Shown here: in pieces, positions 1 through 13,337 of the stretch
Position numbering within the stretch: position 1 is the stretch's first letter
Layout of the letters: every line of letters begins with the position of its first letter
NCBI GenBank assembly: GCA_040830765.1
Contig: JBFOMH010000004.1
Span: 32,001 to 96,000 of the forward strand
Length of the DNA stretch: 64,000 nt
Direction of reading: 5' to 3'
Source: Puniceicoccaceae bacterium
GTDB lineage: Bacteria > Verrucomicrobiota > Verrucomicrobiia > Opitutales > Oceanipulchritudinaceae
Translations under genes and position numbers: made by a program
The notes under the pieces: generated by a model
What the model was told of the DNA's origin: nothing
Seen by the model: the letters and a program-made list of their open reading frames with translations, nothing else
The model's database searches: none

Positions 1-1332
1 ACAGGCCACCGGAATGCCTACTTTCCACTCTTCATTCCCAAGAGCTACCTCGAAAAGGAAGCGGAACACGTGGAGGGTTTCGCCAAGGAATGTGCCGTGG
101 TGACCCATTCCCGCCTGGAGGCCGGGGAAGACGGGAAACTGCATCCCGCTTCACCCCTTGAGGAACCCCTGATTGTCCGGCCGACCTCGGAGACCATCAT
201 CGGGGAAATGTATTCCAAGTGGGTCCAGAGCTATCGCGACCTGCCCATCCTGATAAATCAATGGGCAAATGTCGTCCGCTGGGAAATGCGGACCCGCCTC
301 TTCCTGCGTACCGCGGAGTTCCTCTGGCAGGAAGGCCATACGGCCCATGCCACGGAGGAGGAAGCCTGGAAGGAAACCCGGCTGATGCTGGATGTCTATG
401 CTGACTTTGCGGAAAACTACATGGCCATGCCCGTCCTCAAGGGCGAAAAGACGGAGGGGGAACGGTTCCCCGGAGCTGTCTCGACACTTTGCATCGAGGC
501 CATGATGCAGGACCGCAAGGCCCTCCAGGCCGGCACTTCCCACTTCCTTGGCCAGAACTTCGCCAAGGCCAGCGATATCAAGTTTCTCAGTGCCGAAGGG
601 GAGCAGGAATTTGCCTGGACCACTTCATGGGGGGTCTCTACCCGCCTCATTGGCGGCCTGGTCATGACCCACAGTGATGATGACGGACTGATCCTTCCGC
701 CCCGGCTGGCCCCTGCCCAAGTGGTCATCCTGCCGGTTATACCCAAGGAAGAGCACCGCGGACCGGTCATGGAAGCCTGCGAGGCCTTGAAGAAGGAGCT
801 CCACGACCTGACCTGGCTCGACGGACAGCGGCTGGAAATCGAACTGGACGACCGGGATATCCGTGGCGGGGAAAAGATGTGGCAATGGATCAAGCGCGGT
901 ATTCCGCTACGGGTGGAAATTGGACCGCGTGACCTTGAGTCCGGTTCGGTCTTTGTCGGCCGCCGGGATACCGGTCAAAAGAGTGGCATGCCGAAGGCGG
1001 AGTTTGTCGATAAGGTGGTCGGCCTGCTGGAGGAAATCCAGTCCGGCCTCCTGGAACGTGCCCGCAACTTCCGTGAGGAGCACTCGCGGACGATTGATTC
1101 GGAGAGCGAATTCCGGGAATTTTTCACCCCGGCCAACGCCAACAAGCCGGAAATCCATGGCGGATTCGCCTGGGCCCATTTCTGCGGGGACCCGGAGCTG
1201 GAAGACAAGCTGCAGAAGGAACTCAAGGTGACCGTCCGCTGCATTCCGTACATGGAGAACGCTGAGTCCGGAACCTGTATTTTCACCGGCAAGCCCAGCC
1301 CCCAGCGGGTGGTCTTCGCCAAAGCCTATTGA
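1..1332 (+). CDS. proS: Proline--tRNA ligase, archaeal/eukaryal type (5' end outside window)
   Basis: Frame open from base 1 (TGHRNAYFPLFIPKSYLEKEAEHVEGF); motifs VRPTSET, QWANVVRWE, LQAGTSHFLGQNF, TSWGVSTR; C-terminal FAKAY. Confidence 0.97.
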   Translation, partial: TGHRNAYFPLFIPKSYLEKEAEHVEGFAKECAVVTHSRLEAGEDGKLHPASPLEEPLIVRPTSETIIGEMYSKWVQSYRDLPILINQWANVVRWEMRTRLFLRTAEFLWQEGHTAHATEEEAWKETRLMLDVYADFAENYMAMPVLKGEKTEGERFPGAVSTLCIEAMMQDRKALQAGTSHFLGQNFAKASDIKFLSAEGEQEFAWTTSWGVSTRLIGGLVMTHSDDDGLILPPRLAPAQVVILPVIPKEEHRGPVMEACEALKKELHDLTWLDGQRLEIELDDRDIRGGEKMWQWIKRGIPLRVEIGPRDLESGSVFVGRRDTGQKSGMPKAEFVDKVVGLLEEIQSGLLERARNFREEHSRTIDSESEFREFFTPANANKPEIHGGFAWAHFCGDPELEDKLQKELKVTVRCIPYMENAESGTCIFTGKPSPQRVVFAKAY

Positions 1333-1341
1333 GGTGGTTTC

Positions 1342-2355
1342 ATGATTATTGTCCTTAAACCGAATGCCGGTAAGCCGGAAGCCGACGAGATTCTTGCCAA
1401 GATCGAGGGCATGGGCCTGAAGCCCCTGTACATGCCGGGAAGCGAACGAACCGTCATTGGCGCACTGGGCGACGAGCGCAAACTGGGCCTTTTGCACCTG
1501 GAGAGTCATCCGGCCGTCGAGCGGGTCGACCCGATCCTTGCTCCCTACAAGGCCGTCAGCCGGGAAATGCATGCCCAGAACAGTATTGTCAAGGTGGGCA
1601 AGTTGACGATCGGGGGTAGCGGGTTTGCGGTCATAGCCGGACCCTGTGCCGTGGAAAGTCTTCAGCAGATGCGGGCCACTGCCCAGGCAGTCAGCAAGGC
1701 CGGCGCGCATGGGCTTCGCGGTGGCGCCTTCAAGCCAAGGACCAGTCCCTACTCATTCCAGGGACTGGGACTGGAGGGTCTCGAGATCCTGCAGCAAGTA
1801 GGTTCCGAGGAAGGATTACCGGTCATCACCGAGGTGGTGGAAGTGGCGGATGTGGAAGCGGTTGAATCCCATGCCGATGCCTTTCAGGTCGGCGCACGCA
1901 ACATGCAGAATTTCCGACTCCTGAGCGCCCTTGGCCGGGCGGGCAAGCCCGTCTTCCTGAAGCGGGGGATGGCAGCGACCGTCAAGGACGTCCTCATGTC
2001 GGCGGAGTACATCGCCTCTGAAGGCAACCACCAGATTATCCTCTGTGAGCGGGGAATCCGTACCTTCGAGGGCGGTACCCGGAACACTCTCGACCTCTCC
2101 GCGGTCTGCCAGTTCAAGAAGTTGAGTCATCTTCCAGTCGTGGTCGATCCCAGCCATGGAACCGGTGTGCGGGAGTTTGTTGCCCCGATGGCTTATGCCG
2201 CGGCAGCCGCTGGGGCGGACGGGCTTCTCGTTGAAGTGCATGCCAATCCGAAGGAGGCCCTTTCCGATGGTGCGCAATCGCTTTTCCCGGAACAGTTCGC
2301 CGAGTTGATGCAGGGCTTGCGGGGATTTGTGGAAGCCGCCGGCCGGACCCTTTAA
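1342..2355 (+). CDS. aroF: DAHP synthase, type I-beta with N-terminal regulatory domain
   Basis: IAGPCAVES, RGGAFKPRTSPYSFQG, VGARNMQN, LCERGIRTF, DPSHGTG, SDGAQSL. Confidence 0.95.
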   Translation: MIIVLKPNAGKPEADEILAKIEGMGLKPLYMPGSERTVIGALGDERKLGLLHLESHPAVERVDPILAPYKAVSREMHAQNSIVKVGKLTIGGSGFAVIAGPCAVESLQQMRATAQAVSKAGAHGLRGGAFKPRTSPYSFQGLGLEGLEILQQVGSEEGLPVITEVVEVADVEAVESHADAFQVGARNMQNFRLLSALGRAGKPVFLKRGMAATVKDVLMSAEYIASEGNHQIILCERGIRTFEGGTRNTLDLSAVCQFKKLSHLPVVVDPSHGTGVREFVAPMAYAAAAAGADGLLVEVHANPKEALSDGAQSLFPEQFAELMQGLRGFVEAAGRTL

Positions 2356-3215
2356 TCAAAGACAACCGTCTTGTTGCCGTAGACGAGGACCCGGTGTTCC
2401 AGGTGCCAGCGGACGGCCTGGGCCAGCACGCTCTTCTCGAGATCGCGGCCCTTGCGGACCAAATCACGCACGGAGTGGCGATGGTTGACCGGCGAGACGT
2501 CCTGCTGGATGATCGGGCCATCATCAAGGACGGCGGTGGCGTAGTGCGCCGTGGCCCCGATCAGCTTGACCCCGCGAGAATGGGCCTGGTGATAGGGACG
2601 GGCACCGGCGAAGGCCGGCAGGAAGCTGTGATGGATGTTGATCACCGGGCAACCGCAGTTGTTGAGAAAGTGTTCCGACAGGACCTGCATGTAGCGGGCC
2701 ATGACAATCAGGTCGACATTGTAGTTATCCAGCAATGACAACTGCGCGGCTTCGGCCTCCAGTTTCTTCCCCTTGACGACGGGAACATGATGAAAGGGAA
2801 TCCCGTAGTATTCAGTGATTGAGGCCAAATCCGGATGGTTGGAAATGACACAGGCCAACTCGCAGGGAATCTCACCCATTTTCCAGCGGGCCAATAGATC
2901 GACAAAGCAGTGCTCGATGCGGGAGACAAAAAGCGCTACCCTCGCCTTCGTGTCAGAACGGGATACGGAGACATCCATCCCCTGTTCCCGCATAAACTGG
3001 CTGAACTCCTCCTCTTCCGTGTCATGAGCCTCCGCGGGGACCCACTCAATGCGCTGGAAGAAAATTCCCACCTCGTCATCGCGGTGCTGGTCGGCGTGGA
3101 GGATGTTTCCCTGACGGTCATAAATCCAGTTGGCCGAACGGGCCACCAACCCGGGCTGGTCAGGACCGTGCAACAGGGCAACAAGCGTCGATTTGGACTG
3201 TGTGTCGTTTTCCAT
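2352..3215 (-). CDS. purU: Formyltetrahydrofolate deformylase
   Basis: N-terminal ACT (GPDQPGLVA), MARYMQVLS, INIHHSFLPAF, GVKLIGATAHY, LDDGPIIQQ, NKTVVF. Confidence 0.96.
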   Translation of the reverse strand: MENDTQSKSTLVALLHGPDQPGLVARSANWIYDRQGNILHADQHRDDEVGIFFQRIEWVPAEAHDTEEEEFSQFMREQGMDVSVSRSDTKARVALFVSRIEHCFVDLLARWKMGEIPCELACVISNHPDLASITEYYGIPFHHVPVVKGKKLEAEAAQLSLLDNYNVDLIVMARYMQVLSEHFLNNCGCPVINIHHSFLPAFAGARPYHQAHSRGVKLIGATAHYATAVLDDGPIIQQDVSPVNHRHSVRDLVRKGRDLEKSVLAQAVRWHLEHRVLVYGNKTVVFD

Positions 3216-3311
3216 CTATCGAAATAAAGGATAACTTGGACCACAAAGGGACCAGTTAGTCTACATTAAGAAGATCAGACGGTAAGGCAAACTCACCTTG
3301 AGCGGGCCGGA

Positions 3312-6551
<3,240 letters not shown>

Positions 6552-6625
6552 TGAAAAAGGAAATAAGCCCCCACCTGCTACAGCATGCAAGGACAATCGC
6601 CTCTTTGTGGAAAACTTCTTTGTTT

Positions 6626-7657
6626 TTAGGGCAAAGGACGCCCTCTTCCGGCGAGATAGAGCGCATACCACTCCTCCCGGCTGAGTTCCAGTGAGAGGGC
6701 CTCATGGCAACCCTTGAGGCGCCCGGGATCCTGGCTCCCGATAATGGGCTGGATCATTGACGGGTGCTTCAGGAGCCATCCGATGACCACCGCTTCCGGG
6801 CTGACCCCATGCTCCCCGGCGATGCGCTGCACGCACTCGGCTGCCGGCCCCACCCTCTCGGGTTCCCAATCCGGCTCACGGCCGCAGAGATACCCGTAGG
6901 CCATCGGTGCCCAGGCCTGCGTCACCACCCCCTTACGGCGGTGCCATTCAAGGGTGCCGTCCGCCGGATGACCCGCCTCGGGGTCGCGGTCAGCGGTGGC
7001 CACCATGCTGCCATCGATAAGGCTGGTCCGAAGCAGGTTGATCTCCACCTGGTTGGCCACCGGGACAAAGCCCGCCGCCTCGAAGAGGTCCAGCAACGGC
7101 GGAGTGAAGTTGGATACCCCGAAGTGGCGCACTTTTCCGGAGGCCTTCAAAGTCGCCATCGCTTCCAGCATCTCCTCCGGCCGGGCGAGGAAGTCCGGCC
7201 GGTGAAAGAGGAATATATCGAGATAGTCCATGCCCAGACGCTGCAGGCTGGCCTCCGCCGAACAGATGATATGGTCCTTGGAAAAGTCATAGCGATGCGG
7301 GTCGCCGGGCTGGGGATCATCCGGAAAGCGGATCCCGCACTTGCTTTGGACAATGATCGATTCCCGCTCAACCTTGAGTTCCCGGACCAGCTCGCCGAAG
7401 AGGACCTCACTCCGCCCGCGGCAGTAAATGTCCGCATGGTCATAGAAGTCCCAGCCCAGCTCAAGGGCGGTCTCCAGAGCCCCGCGAGCCCGCTTGCGGG
7501 CACTCTCGGGAATGGCGGCGTCGGGCTCCCAGCTGCCGGCAAACTGCATGCAGCCCAGAGCCAGCCTCCCGGACTTCAGGCCCTCGGCGAGTGGAAAATC
7601 TAGGGATAGTCCACTGTCACTGGAAATAACGGGTAACGATGACATACCCTGTCGCAT
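6626..7657 (-). CDS. Aldo/keto reductase (YdhF-like)
   Basis: [44 protein letters not shown]; start uncertain (7657 or 7645). Confidence 0.9.
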   Translation of the reverse strand: MRQGMSSLPVISSDSGLSLDFPLAEGLKSGRLALGCMQFAGSWEPDAAIPESARKRARGALETALELGWDFYDHADIYCRGRSEVLFGELVRELKVERESIIVQSKCGIRFPDDPQPGDPHRYDFSKDHIICSAEASLQRLGMDYLDIFLFHRPDFLARPEEMLEAMATLKASGKVRHFGVSNFTPPLLDLFEAAGFVPVANQVEINLLRTSLIDGSMVATADRDPEAGHPADGTLEWHRRKGVVTQAWAPMAYGYLCGREPDWEPERVGPAAECVQRIAGEHGVSPEAVVIGWLLKHPSMIQPIIGSQDPGRLKGCHEALSLELSREEWYALYLAGRGRPLP

Positions 7658-7683
7658 GTCGCCCGAATCCTCCCGGGTCAAGC

Positions 7684-8838
7684 CTACGCCTCCAGCAGGT
7701 CGACCATGAACTGCCCGGGACGGTAGTTGCCCATCAGGATAGTGGTCTGGCCGCCCTTGTGCATGCGGACTTCCGGAATCCGCACCTCCGGTGTCTTGTG
7801 GGGCGCGTAAAGGACATCATCATGGGAGGAATTCTTGTGCTCCTTGAACATGTCGGGAGTGATATTTCCCCCGAGATGGTCATCGCGCCCGGTAGCCACG
7901 TGAATCGTCCCGAGGATTTTTTCATCCTGGATATCCCGTCCACTGAAAGGCAGGACCTGCGTCCCGAATCCCAGCTCCCCGATGGCGCCGATCATGGGAT
8001 CGTCCTTGAGGCGGTTGTTGTGGTCCTCGATAAAGTCATACTCGCCATAAATCAGGCGGCTGCTGACGATCTTGCCACCCTCGACGGTCAGAAGTCCCAG
8101 GGTTTCCTCATCATACTTGAAGGGGAACTGGCCCTCCGCCCCTTCCGGGACGAAATAGACCTCACCGGCCGGGAGGTTAGCCACATCGGGCTTGCCGGGC
8201 GGGCAGAGACCATGACTCTTCTGGGCTTCCTGCCCGTTGGTAATGAGCCGCAGGGTGGTCTTCACGCCCTCGACCTCAAAGTCGATTTCGAACCAGTCCG
8301 CCTGGGTGAGTCCAAGGCGCAGCTTTTCCGCATCGCTGCTGACCTCGTCGTAATTCACGCTGAGTCCGGTATCGACGATGATCTGGTTAAGGCCATGCAG
8401 GGTGGCTCCACGGAAACCAAACTCCTTGGCCTTGGCGGTCAACGGAGCAGTGGCGGAAAAGGTCGAGACAATCAGGATAATGCCATAGTTGGGATAAATG
8501 TCCTTATCGAGGCTGAGTTTGTTGCCGTGGATGTCGTAGCACTCGTCCTCCATGTCGAGGTTGCTGCCGCCGGTCTCGTGGTAGGCATAAAAGTCGCCAT
8601 CGGTGTAGTTCATTTCCTCAAGGCCCCCGTTCTTGAAGCCCTCATAGAACACCTTGTGCCCGTAGTTCTGAATCGAGAGCCGCGGATTGTTGAGGAAGGC
8701 GAAATCCTTCACCTCCTTGGGATCGGGCAAATCGATCATGATGCAAAGGCGCTCCCCGGAACCCTTGCCAAAACAAGTCTCCATAAGGCGCTTGAGTGAG
8801 AAGGGAGCGAAGTTTCTTCTGCTTGCGTCGAATTCCAT
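7684..8838 (-). CDS. Aminopeptidase, M29 (aminopeptidase T)-like
   Basis: NLPAGEVYFVP, IGELGFGT, DEKILGTIHVATG and a downstream HDD match M29 metal-ligand motifs. Confidence 0.7.
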   Translation of the reverse strand: MEFDASRRNFAPFSLKRLMETCFGKGSGERLCIMIDLPDPKEVKDFAFLNNPRLSIQNYGHKVFYEGFKNGGLEEMNYTDGDFYAYHETGGSNLDMEDECYDIHGNKLSLDKDIYPNYGIILIVSTFSATAPLTAKAKEFGFRGATLHGLNQIIVDTGLSVNYDEVSSDAEKLRLGLTQADWFEIDFEVEGVKTTLRLITNGQEAQKSHGLCPPGKPDVANLPAGEVYFVPEGAEGQFPFKYDEETLGLLTVEGGKIVSSRLIYGEYDFIEDHNNRLKDDPMIGAIGELGFGTQVLPFSGRDIQDEKILGTIHVATGRDDHLGGNITPDMFKEHKNSSHDDVLYAPHKTPEVRIPEVRMHKGGQTTILMGNYRPGQFMVDLLEA

Positions 8839-8901
8839 GGCGGCACTTTAGGGGAAAGTAGCCAAACTGTAAAGGGCCCAAGGAAATTTCCCTGGCACCG
8901 G

Positions 8902-9591
8902 CTATTCAAAGAGGCCGTCGCGCATATGGAAGGTGGCGTCGCAGGCCTTGGCGAGGTCCCGGTTATGGGTCACGACAAGGATAGTCCGGTTCAGCTCATG
9001 GGCGAGACCCTGCAGCTGCCCGAAGAGGGTCAACGAATTTTGGAAGTCCAGATTGCCGGTTGGTTCATCCGCAAGGACAAGGTCCGGATCATTGGCAAGG
9101 GCCCGGGCCACGGCCACGCGCTGGCGCTCGCCACCGGAAAGCTGATTCCCCTTGCGCCCGGTCTTGTCACCCAAGCCAACGATGTCGAGGAGCTTGCAGG
9201 CCTTCTCATGGGCTCCCTCGCGGCTGATGCCTCCCTGCTTGAGCATGGGCAGCATCAGGTTTTCGGCGGCAGAAAATTCCGAAAGGAGAAAGTGGAACTG
9301 GAAGACAAATCCGATCCGGCTGCCGCGGATGCGGGTCCGCTCCGCCTCGTTGGACTGGTCCACGCGTTCCCCACCAAGCCAGATTTCACCGGAATCCGGC
9401 CGGTCCAGTAACCCAAGCAGATAAAGGAGCGTACTTTTGCCGCAGCCACTGGGCCCGACAATGGCATAGGTCCGGCCACGCTGCAGGGTAAGGTCGATTC
9501 CCCGCAGGACGTGCACCTGATCCGCTCCACTTCCCAGTGTCCGGTGGAGCTGGCGGGTTTCCAGAACGGCCTCTGTGGTGGAATTCTCCAT
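8902..9591 (-). CDS. ABC transporter ATP-binding protein (LolD/MacB-type)
   Basis: Walker A GPSGCGKST, signature LSGGERQR, LADEPTGNLD, VTH. Confidence 0.93.
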   Translation of the reverse strand: MENSTTEAVLETRQLHRTLGSGADQVHVLRGIDLTLQRGRTYAIVGPSGCGKSTLLYLLGLLDRPDSGEIWLGGERVDQSNEAERTRIRGSRIGFVFQFHFLLSEFSAAENLMLPMLKQGGISREGAHEKACKLLDIVGLGDKTGRKGNQLSGGERQRVAVARALANDPDLVLADEPTGNLDFQNSLTLFGQLQGLAHELNRTILVVTHNRDLAKACDATFHMRDGLFE

Positions 9592-9594
9592 ACC

Positions 9595-10845
9595 TCAGCC
9601 TCCTGTCCCCCGGATAACTTCGCCTGGCTCGACCCGTGCCGCCCGGCGGGCCGGAATGAGGGCGGCGATGAGGACAACCAGCCCGGCCACCACGGCTGCT
9701 GAAACGTAATGCCAAATCGACCAGGCGACGACAAAGTGGTCTGTGGAAAAGATCCCCCGGATACGGATCGGCAGGCTCTCAATCCCCTTGGTCAACAGGG
9801 CCGCCATGATGAATCCAATGAGGGTGCCCATGACGTAGACGATGATTCCCTGGAAGAGGAAAATGTTAAGGATGTCCCGGCGGCTGTAACCAACTGAACG
9901 GAGGATGGCGATTTCCCGGGAACGTTCCATGACAATGATGGCGAGGGTGTTGAACATCCCCAGTCCAGCGATCAGGATTATCGTCGACATGGAGAGGGCG
10001 GAGGAAATCCGCAGGACCCGGAAGACCTCCAGCCAGGACTTCTCCCGTTCCTGCCAACTGGCAACGTAGTGACCCAGTGCATACTCCATTTGCCGGGCCT
10101 GGGCGGGAGCCTTGTCCGGGTTCTTGGTCATCACCTGGATGTAACTGACCCGCTCCATCTCGTTGAGCAGGCGACGGGCCTCCTGCAAGTGGACAAAGAC
10201 GTGGGTTTTATCGAAAAAATCGATACCGGTCTCGAAGATTCCGGTGACTTTGTAACGACGGGTCTCCCCGACATGGCTCAGGAGCAGGAAACTTCCCGGC
10301 ATGACCTCCATGCGTTCCGCCAGTCGCTTGCCGACCAGTATCCCGTCAGGCGCCTCGGCAAATGCCCGCAGGTCCCCGTATGTGATCTGGTACTCCAGAT
10401 CGGAGACCTCGATGTATTCGTTCGGCAATATCCCGATGGCCCGGCCGGCCTCGGTCCGGAAACCGCTGGAGATTTGGACATCGCCCCGAAGGACCGGGGC
10501 CGCCCCCTCGACATCCTCAAACTGGTTGATGGCCTCCATCAGCTGGTTGGGATTGCGGATTCCGGAAATATAACTCCTTCCCTCACGGAGCGGGATTTCG
10601 AAACGGCCTGCTCCCTGGTCACTGGCCACTACCATGCTGGTGATGGTGTTCTGGAATTCATCCTGGACCCGGATGCTGCCGTTGGTCCCGAGGATCGTCC
10701 GGATGAAGAAGTTTTCAAACCCGCTGGTCTGGGCCTGGGTAAAGATGAAAAACGCCACCCCGAAGACAATGCCGGCGAGGCTCATCAACATGGCCCGCTT
10801 CTTGGCTATGAGAAACCGCCAGGCAATGAGGATGTTTTCCCTCAT
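9595..10845 (-). CDS. ABC transporter permease (LolC/E, FtsX-like)
   Basis: N-terminal TM, large periplasmic domain, three C-terminal TMs, ERSREIAILRSVG, PARRAARVEP. Confidence 0.9.
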   Translation of the reverse strand: MRENILIAWRFLIAKKRAMLMSLAGIVFGVAFFIFTQAQTSGFENFFIRTILGTNGSIRVQDEFQNTITSMVVASDQGAGRFEIPLREGRSYISGIRNPNQLMEAINQFEDVEGAAPVLRGDVQISSGFRTEAGRAIGILPNEYIEVSDLEYQITYGDLRAFAEAPDGILVGKRLAERMEVMPGSFLLLSHVGETRRYKVTGIFETGIDFFDKTHVFVHLQEARRLLNEMERVSYIQVMTKNPDKAPAQARQMEYALGHYVASWQEREKSWLEVFRVLRISSALSMSTIILIAGLGMFNTLAIIVMERSREIAILRSVGYSRRDILNIFLFQGIIVYVMGTLIGFIMAALLTKGIESLPIRIRGIFSTDHFVVAWSIWHYVSAAVVAGLVVLIAALIPARRAARVEPGEVIRGTGG

Positions 10846-10851
10846 GATTCC

Positions 10852-11964
10852 TTAGCCGCGTCCGGGAAGGATGGCCTTAACCCGTTCGCCGGGCTTGAGC
10901 AGGTTCTGGTCCTCAAGGACGACACGGTCGCCCGGCTCGATTCCCTCAAGGATTTCCGCCTTGTTCAGGCCGAGGTAACCCGGCTTGACGCGCCGGACCT
11001 CTACCTTTCCTCCGGATACGACATAGACAAGATTTCCGATCAGGGCCCGGCGGGGAATGAGGACGGCATCGGGACGCTCATCCTTGACCAGATAACCTTC
11101 ACCAGTAAGTCCGGGGACAAGAACGGAATCCGGGGCGTCAACCTTGACGAAGACATTACGCGTCTTGTTCTTGGCGTTGGCGACGTCCTCCATGCGGAGA
11201 ACCGTGCCGGAGAACGTGCGGTCAGGATAACTGGCCAGGCGCAGGGTAACCGGCATCTCATCCGCCACCCCAAAGTAGTCCTCCTCCGTCAATTCCATGA
11301 CTACGTAGCGGCCGTGGGCGACGAGCCGGAGCAAATTCTGGTTGGCATTGACGAGGTCTCCCTTCCAGGCGGTGATCTCAGCCACAATGCCTCCAAACGG
11401 GGCGTGCGTGGACATCTGCTCCCGTTGCAAAAGCAACTGTTCCAGTTGGTTCTGAAGCAGGCTGAGGTTCTCCGTTTCCTGGATCTCTTCCAGCTTCCAA
11501 AGAACTTCACGCTTACGGCGTTCCCGCTGAACATTCTCCAGCTTCGACAAGGGGGCTTGTTTCAAATCAACCGCCAGTTGGACACCTTTCAACTCCTCGT
11601 CGAGTGTCTCCAGATCAATCTTGTGGGTACTCTCGAGTCCGGACCGGGCCTCGGCAGCCTCAAGGCGGATACGAACCTGTTCAATCCGGAGATCCAGTTC
11701 CTCGGAATCCTGCAAGGCCAGCAAGTCCCCTTCCTCAACGACTTCGCCGGGCTTGATTGTGTTTTCCAGGAGCGTACCGCGGCTTTGGGCCTTCACCCGG
11801 ATGTCCATGTAGGCCAGGACTTCCACTGTTCCGGTGACGGCATTGACGGCCGTCCCGGTCTCCGCTTCCGCAACCGGTACCGAAACCGTCAGTTGTCGAT
11901 TAAAGAGGAAAACCGCAACCAGCAGGACGAATGCCGGAATTCCAAACTTGAGCCATGGCTTCAT
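10852..11964 (-). CDS. Efflux periplasmic adaptor subunit (MFP)
   Basis: N-terminal anchor, lipoyl halves (VKAQSRG...GEVVEEGD; APFGGIV), coiled coil, beta-barrel (PDRTFSGTV). Confidence 0.88.
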   Translation of the reverse strand: MKPWLKFGIPAFVLLVAVFLFNRQLTVSVPVAEAETGTAVNAVTGTVEVLAYMDIRVKAQSRGTLLENTIKPGEVVEEGDLLALQDSEELDLRIEQVRIRLEAAEARSGLESTHKIDLETLDEELKGVQLAVDLKQAPLSKLENVQRERRKREVLWKLEEIQETENLSLLQNQLEQLLLQREQMSTHAPFGGIVAEITAWKGDLVNANQNLLRLVAHGRYVVMELTEEDYFGVADEMPVTLRLASYPDRTFSGTVLRMEDVANAKNKTRNVFVKVDAPDSVLVPGLTGEGYLVKDERPDAVLIPRRALIGNLVYVVSGGKVEVRRVKPGYLGLNKAEILEGIEPGDRVVLEDQNLLKPGERVKAILPGRG

Positions 11965-13337
11965 GATTCCATCCGGTAATACGATGCAGCGGGGTCCTCC
12001 CCAAGGAGGAGTCCCAGTTCCATCAGGTTCAAAAGGTAATTGACGCGTGCTTCCATTAGGCGTTGCCGCACCTCGAGGTAATCAATCTCGCCCTCGATAC
12101 GATCGACCCCGGTGATCTGGTTGCGGTCCGCCTGTTCACGGAGGAAGGTTACGCGGCGATCGAGAATGATTTCCCTCTTACTGCGGGCTTCTATCTGTTT
12201 CAGGTTTAACTGCAGATCGGCCAAAAGGGTTTCAATCCTTTGCCGGGTTTCGTCGCGGGCGGCCTCTTCCTGGAGGGCATAGGCCCGCTTGCGGGCCAGT
12301 GAACTGCGCTTCCAGCCATCCGTCTGCCAGCCGTCGAAGATATTCCAGTTAACCTGCAGCCCGGCATAATACTGGATGCGGAAGACAAAGTCCTCCTGGT
12401 TGATGCTATCGAGGTAATCGGAAAAGACGCCGGCGACGAGATCCACATTGGGACGATGGTTGCGATTCAGGATGGCCAGGTTTTCGCTTTCGATTTCCTC
12501 GAGAACAGAAAAGCGCTCCACCGAGGGATCGAACAAGGTCGTGCTGGTCCCGGTGGCGCGGGCCACCAGGCGGTCAAAGCTGGCCCCATCCATTGGCTCG
12601 ATAATCGTCAAGGCCACCGGCTCCAGGCTGTCCCTGCTGAAAGACGGCCCAACGAGACGACGCAGCTGGCTTTCCAGTTCGCTGGAACGCCGGACGACAT
12701 AGGCCAGCGACTCGTGGTTTTCCAGTAAGCGGGCCTCCATTTCCAGCACGTCCTGCTCCGAACTCTGGCCGGCCTCGACCAATTGACGGCGGGCAGAAAC
12801 AAAGGACTCATTGAGATTGATGGACTGCTCGAGAATACGCTGGCGCTCCTGCATCAGGAGCCACTCCAGGTAGGCCTGCCGGATGGCCATAAAATGACGG
12901 GCGCCCTGCCCGGTGGCCATTACCTCCTCAAGGGCAATACGGCTTTCCGCAACGACTTCCCGACGCTCCAGGTTTCCCCAGTGATAGAGCGGCTTCGACA
13001 CGGTCACCCGGGCATCAACATTGCCCCGGAAACGATTGTCGATGTCTTCGCGCATTTCATAGGCCCCGGCAAGGCGGCCGGCGGCCCGGACCTGGAAGTT
13101 GTTTTGTCCCTGCACCGCGGCAAGGTTTCCCTCCTGCTCCTCAAGGCGGAAATCGCTCAGCTGAAGCGTGGTCCCTTCCCGCGCTGCCGTTGCCATGAAG
13201 GAGGCCAGCTGCGGGAACATCTCCTCCGCAAAAACAATTTCCCCTCGCACGGATGACAGTGGCAAGAGCAGCGTTAACACGGCCAGGCAACGCACTGCCC
13301 GGCGATTTTTAGAACTTGGATTGCGGAACAAAACCAC
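11961..13337 (-). CDS. TolC-family outer membrane protein
   Basis: Signal peptide, helical repeats, KPLYHWG and NWNIFDGW strands; upstream of MFP/ABC genes; start may lie slightly downstream. Confidence 0.8.
   Translation of the reverse strand: MVLFRNPSSKNRRAVRCLAVLTLLLPLSSVRGEIVFAEEMFPQLASFMATAAREGTTLQLSDFRLEEQEGNLAAVQGQNNFQVRAAGRLAGAYEMREDIDNRFRGNVDARVTVSKPLYHWGNLERREVVAESRIALEEVMATGQGARHFMAIRQAYLEWLLMQERQRILEQSINLNESFVSARRQLVEAGQSSEQDVLEMEARLLENHESLAYVVRRSSELESQLRRLVGPSFSRDSLEPVALTIIEPMDGASFDRLVARATGTSTTLFDPSVERFSVLEEIESENLAILNRNHRPNVDLVAGVFSDYLDSINQEDFVFRIQYYAGLQVNWNIFDGWQTDGWKRSSLARKRAYALQEEAARDETRQRIETLLADLQLNLKQIEARSKREIILDRRVTFLREQADRNQITGVDRIEGEIDYLEVRQRLMEARVNYLLNLMELGLLLGEDPAASYYRMES

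Noticed and set aside
6552..6671. N-terminal extension of CarB in the ORF track
   Set aside because: Overlaps the upstream gene; the canonical MPKRTD start is at 6551.
7639..8799. 386-aa plus-strand ORF
   Set aside because: Antisense shadow of the aminopeptidase gene.
8902..10845. Calling the ABC pair lolCDE
   Set aside because: Coupling to TolC and an MFP points to a tripartite exporter; symbol withheld.
10069..11979. 636-aa plus-strand ORF
   Set aside because: Antisense to the permease and MFP genes; no domain signal.
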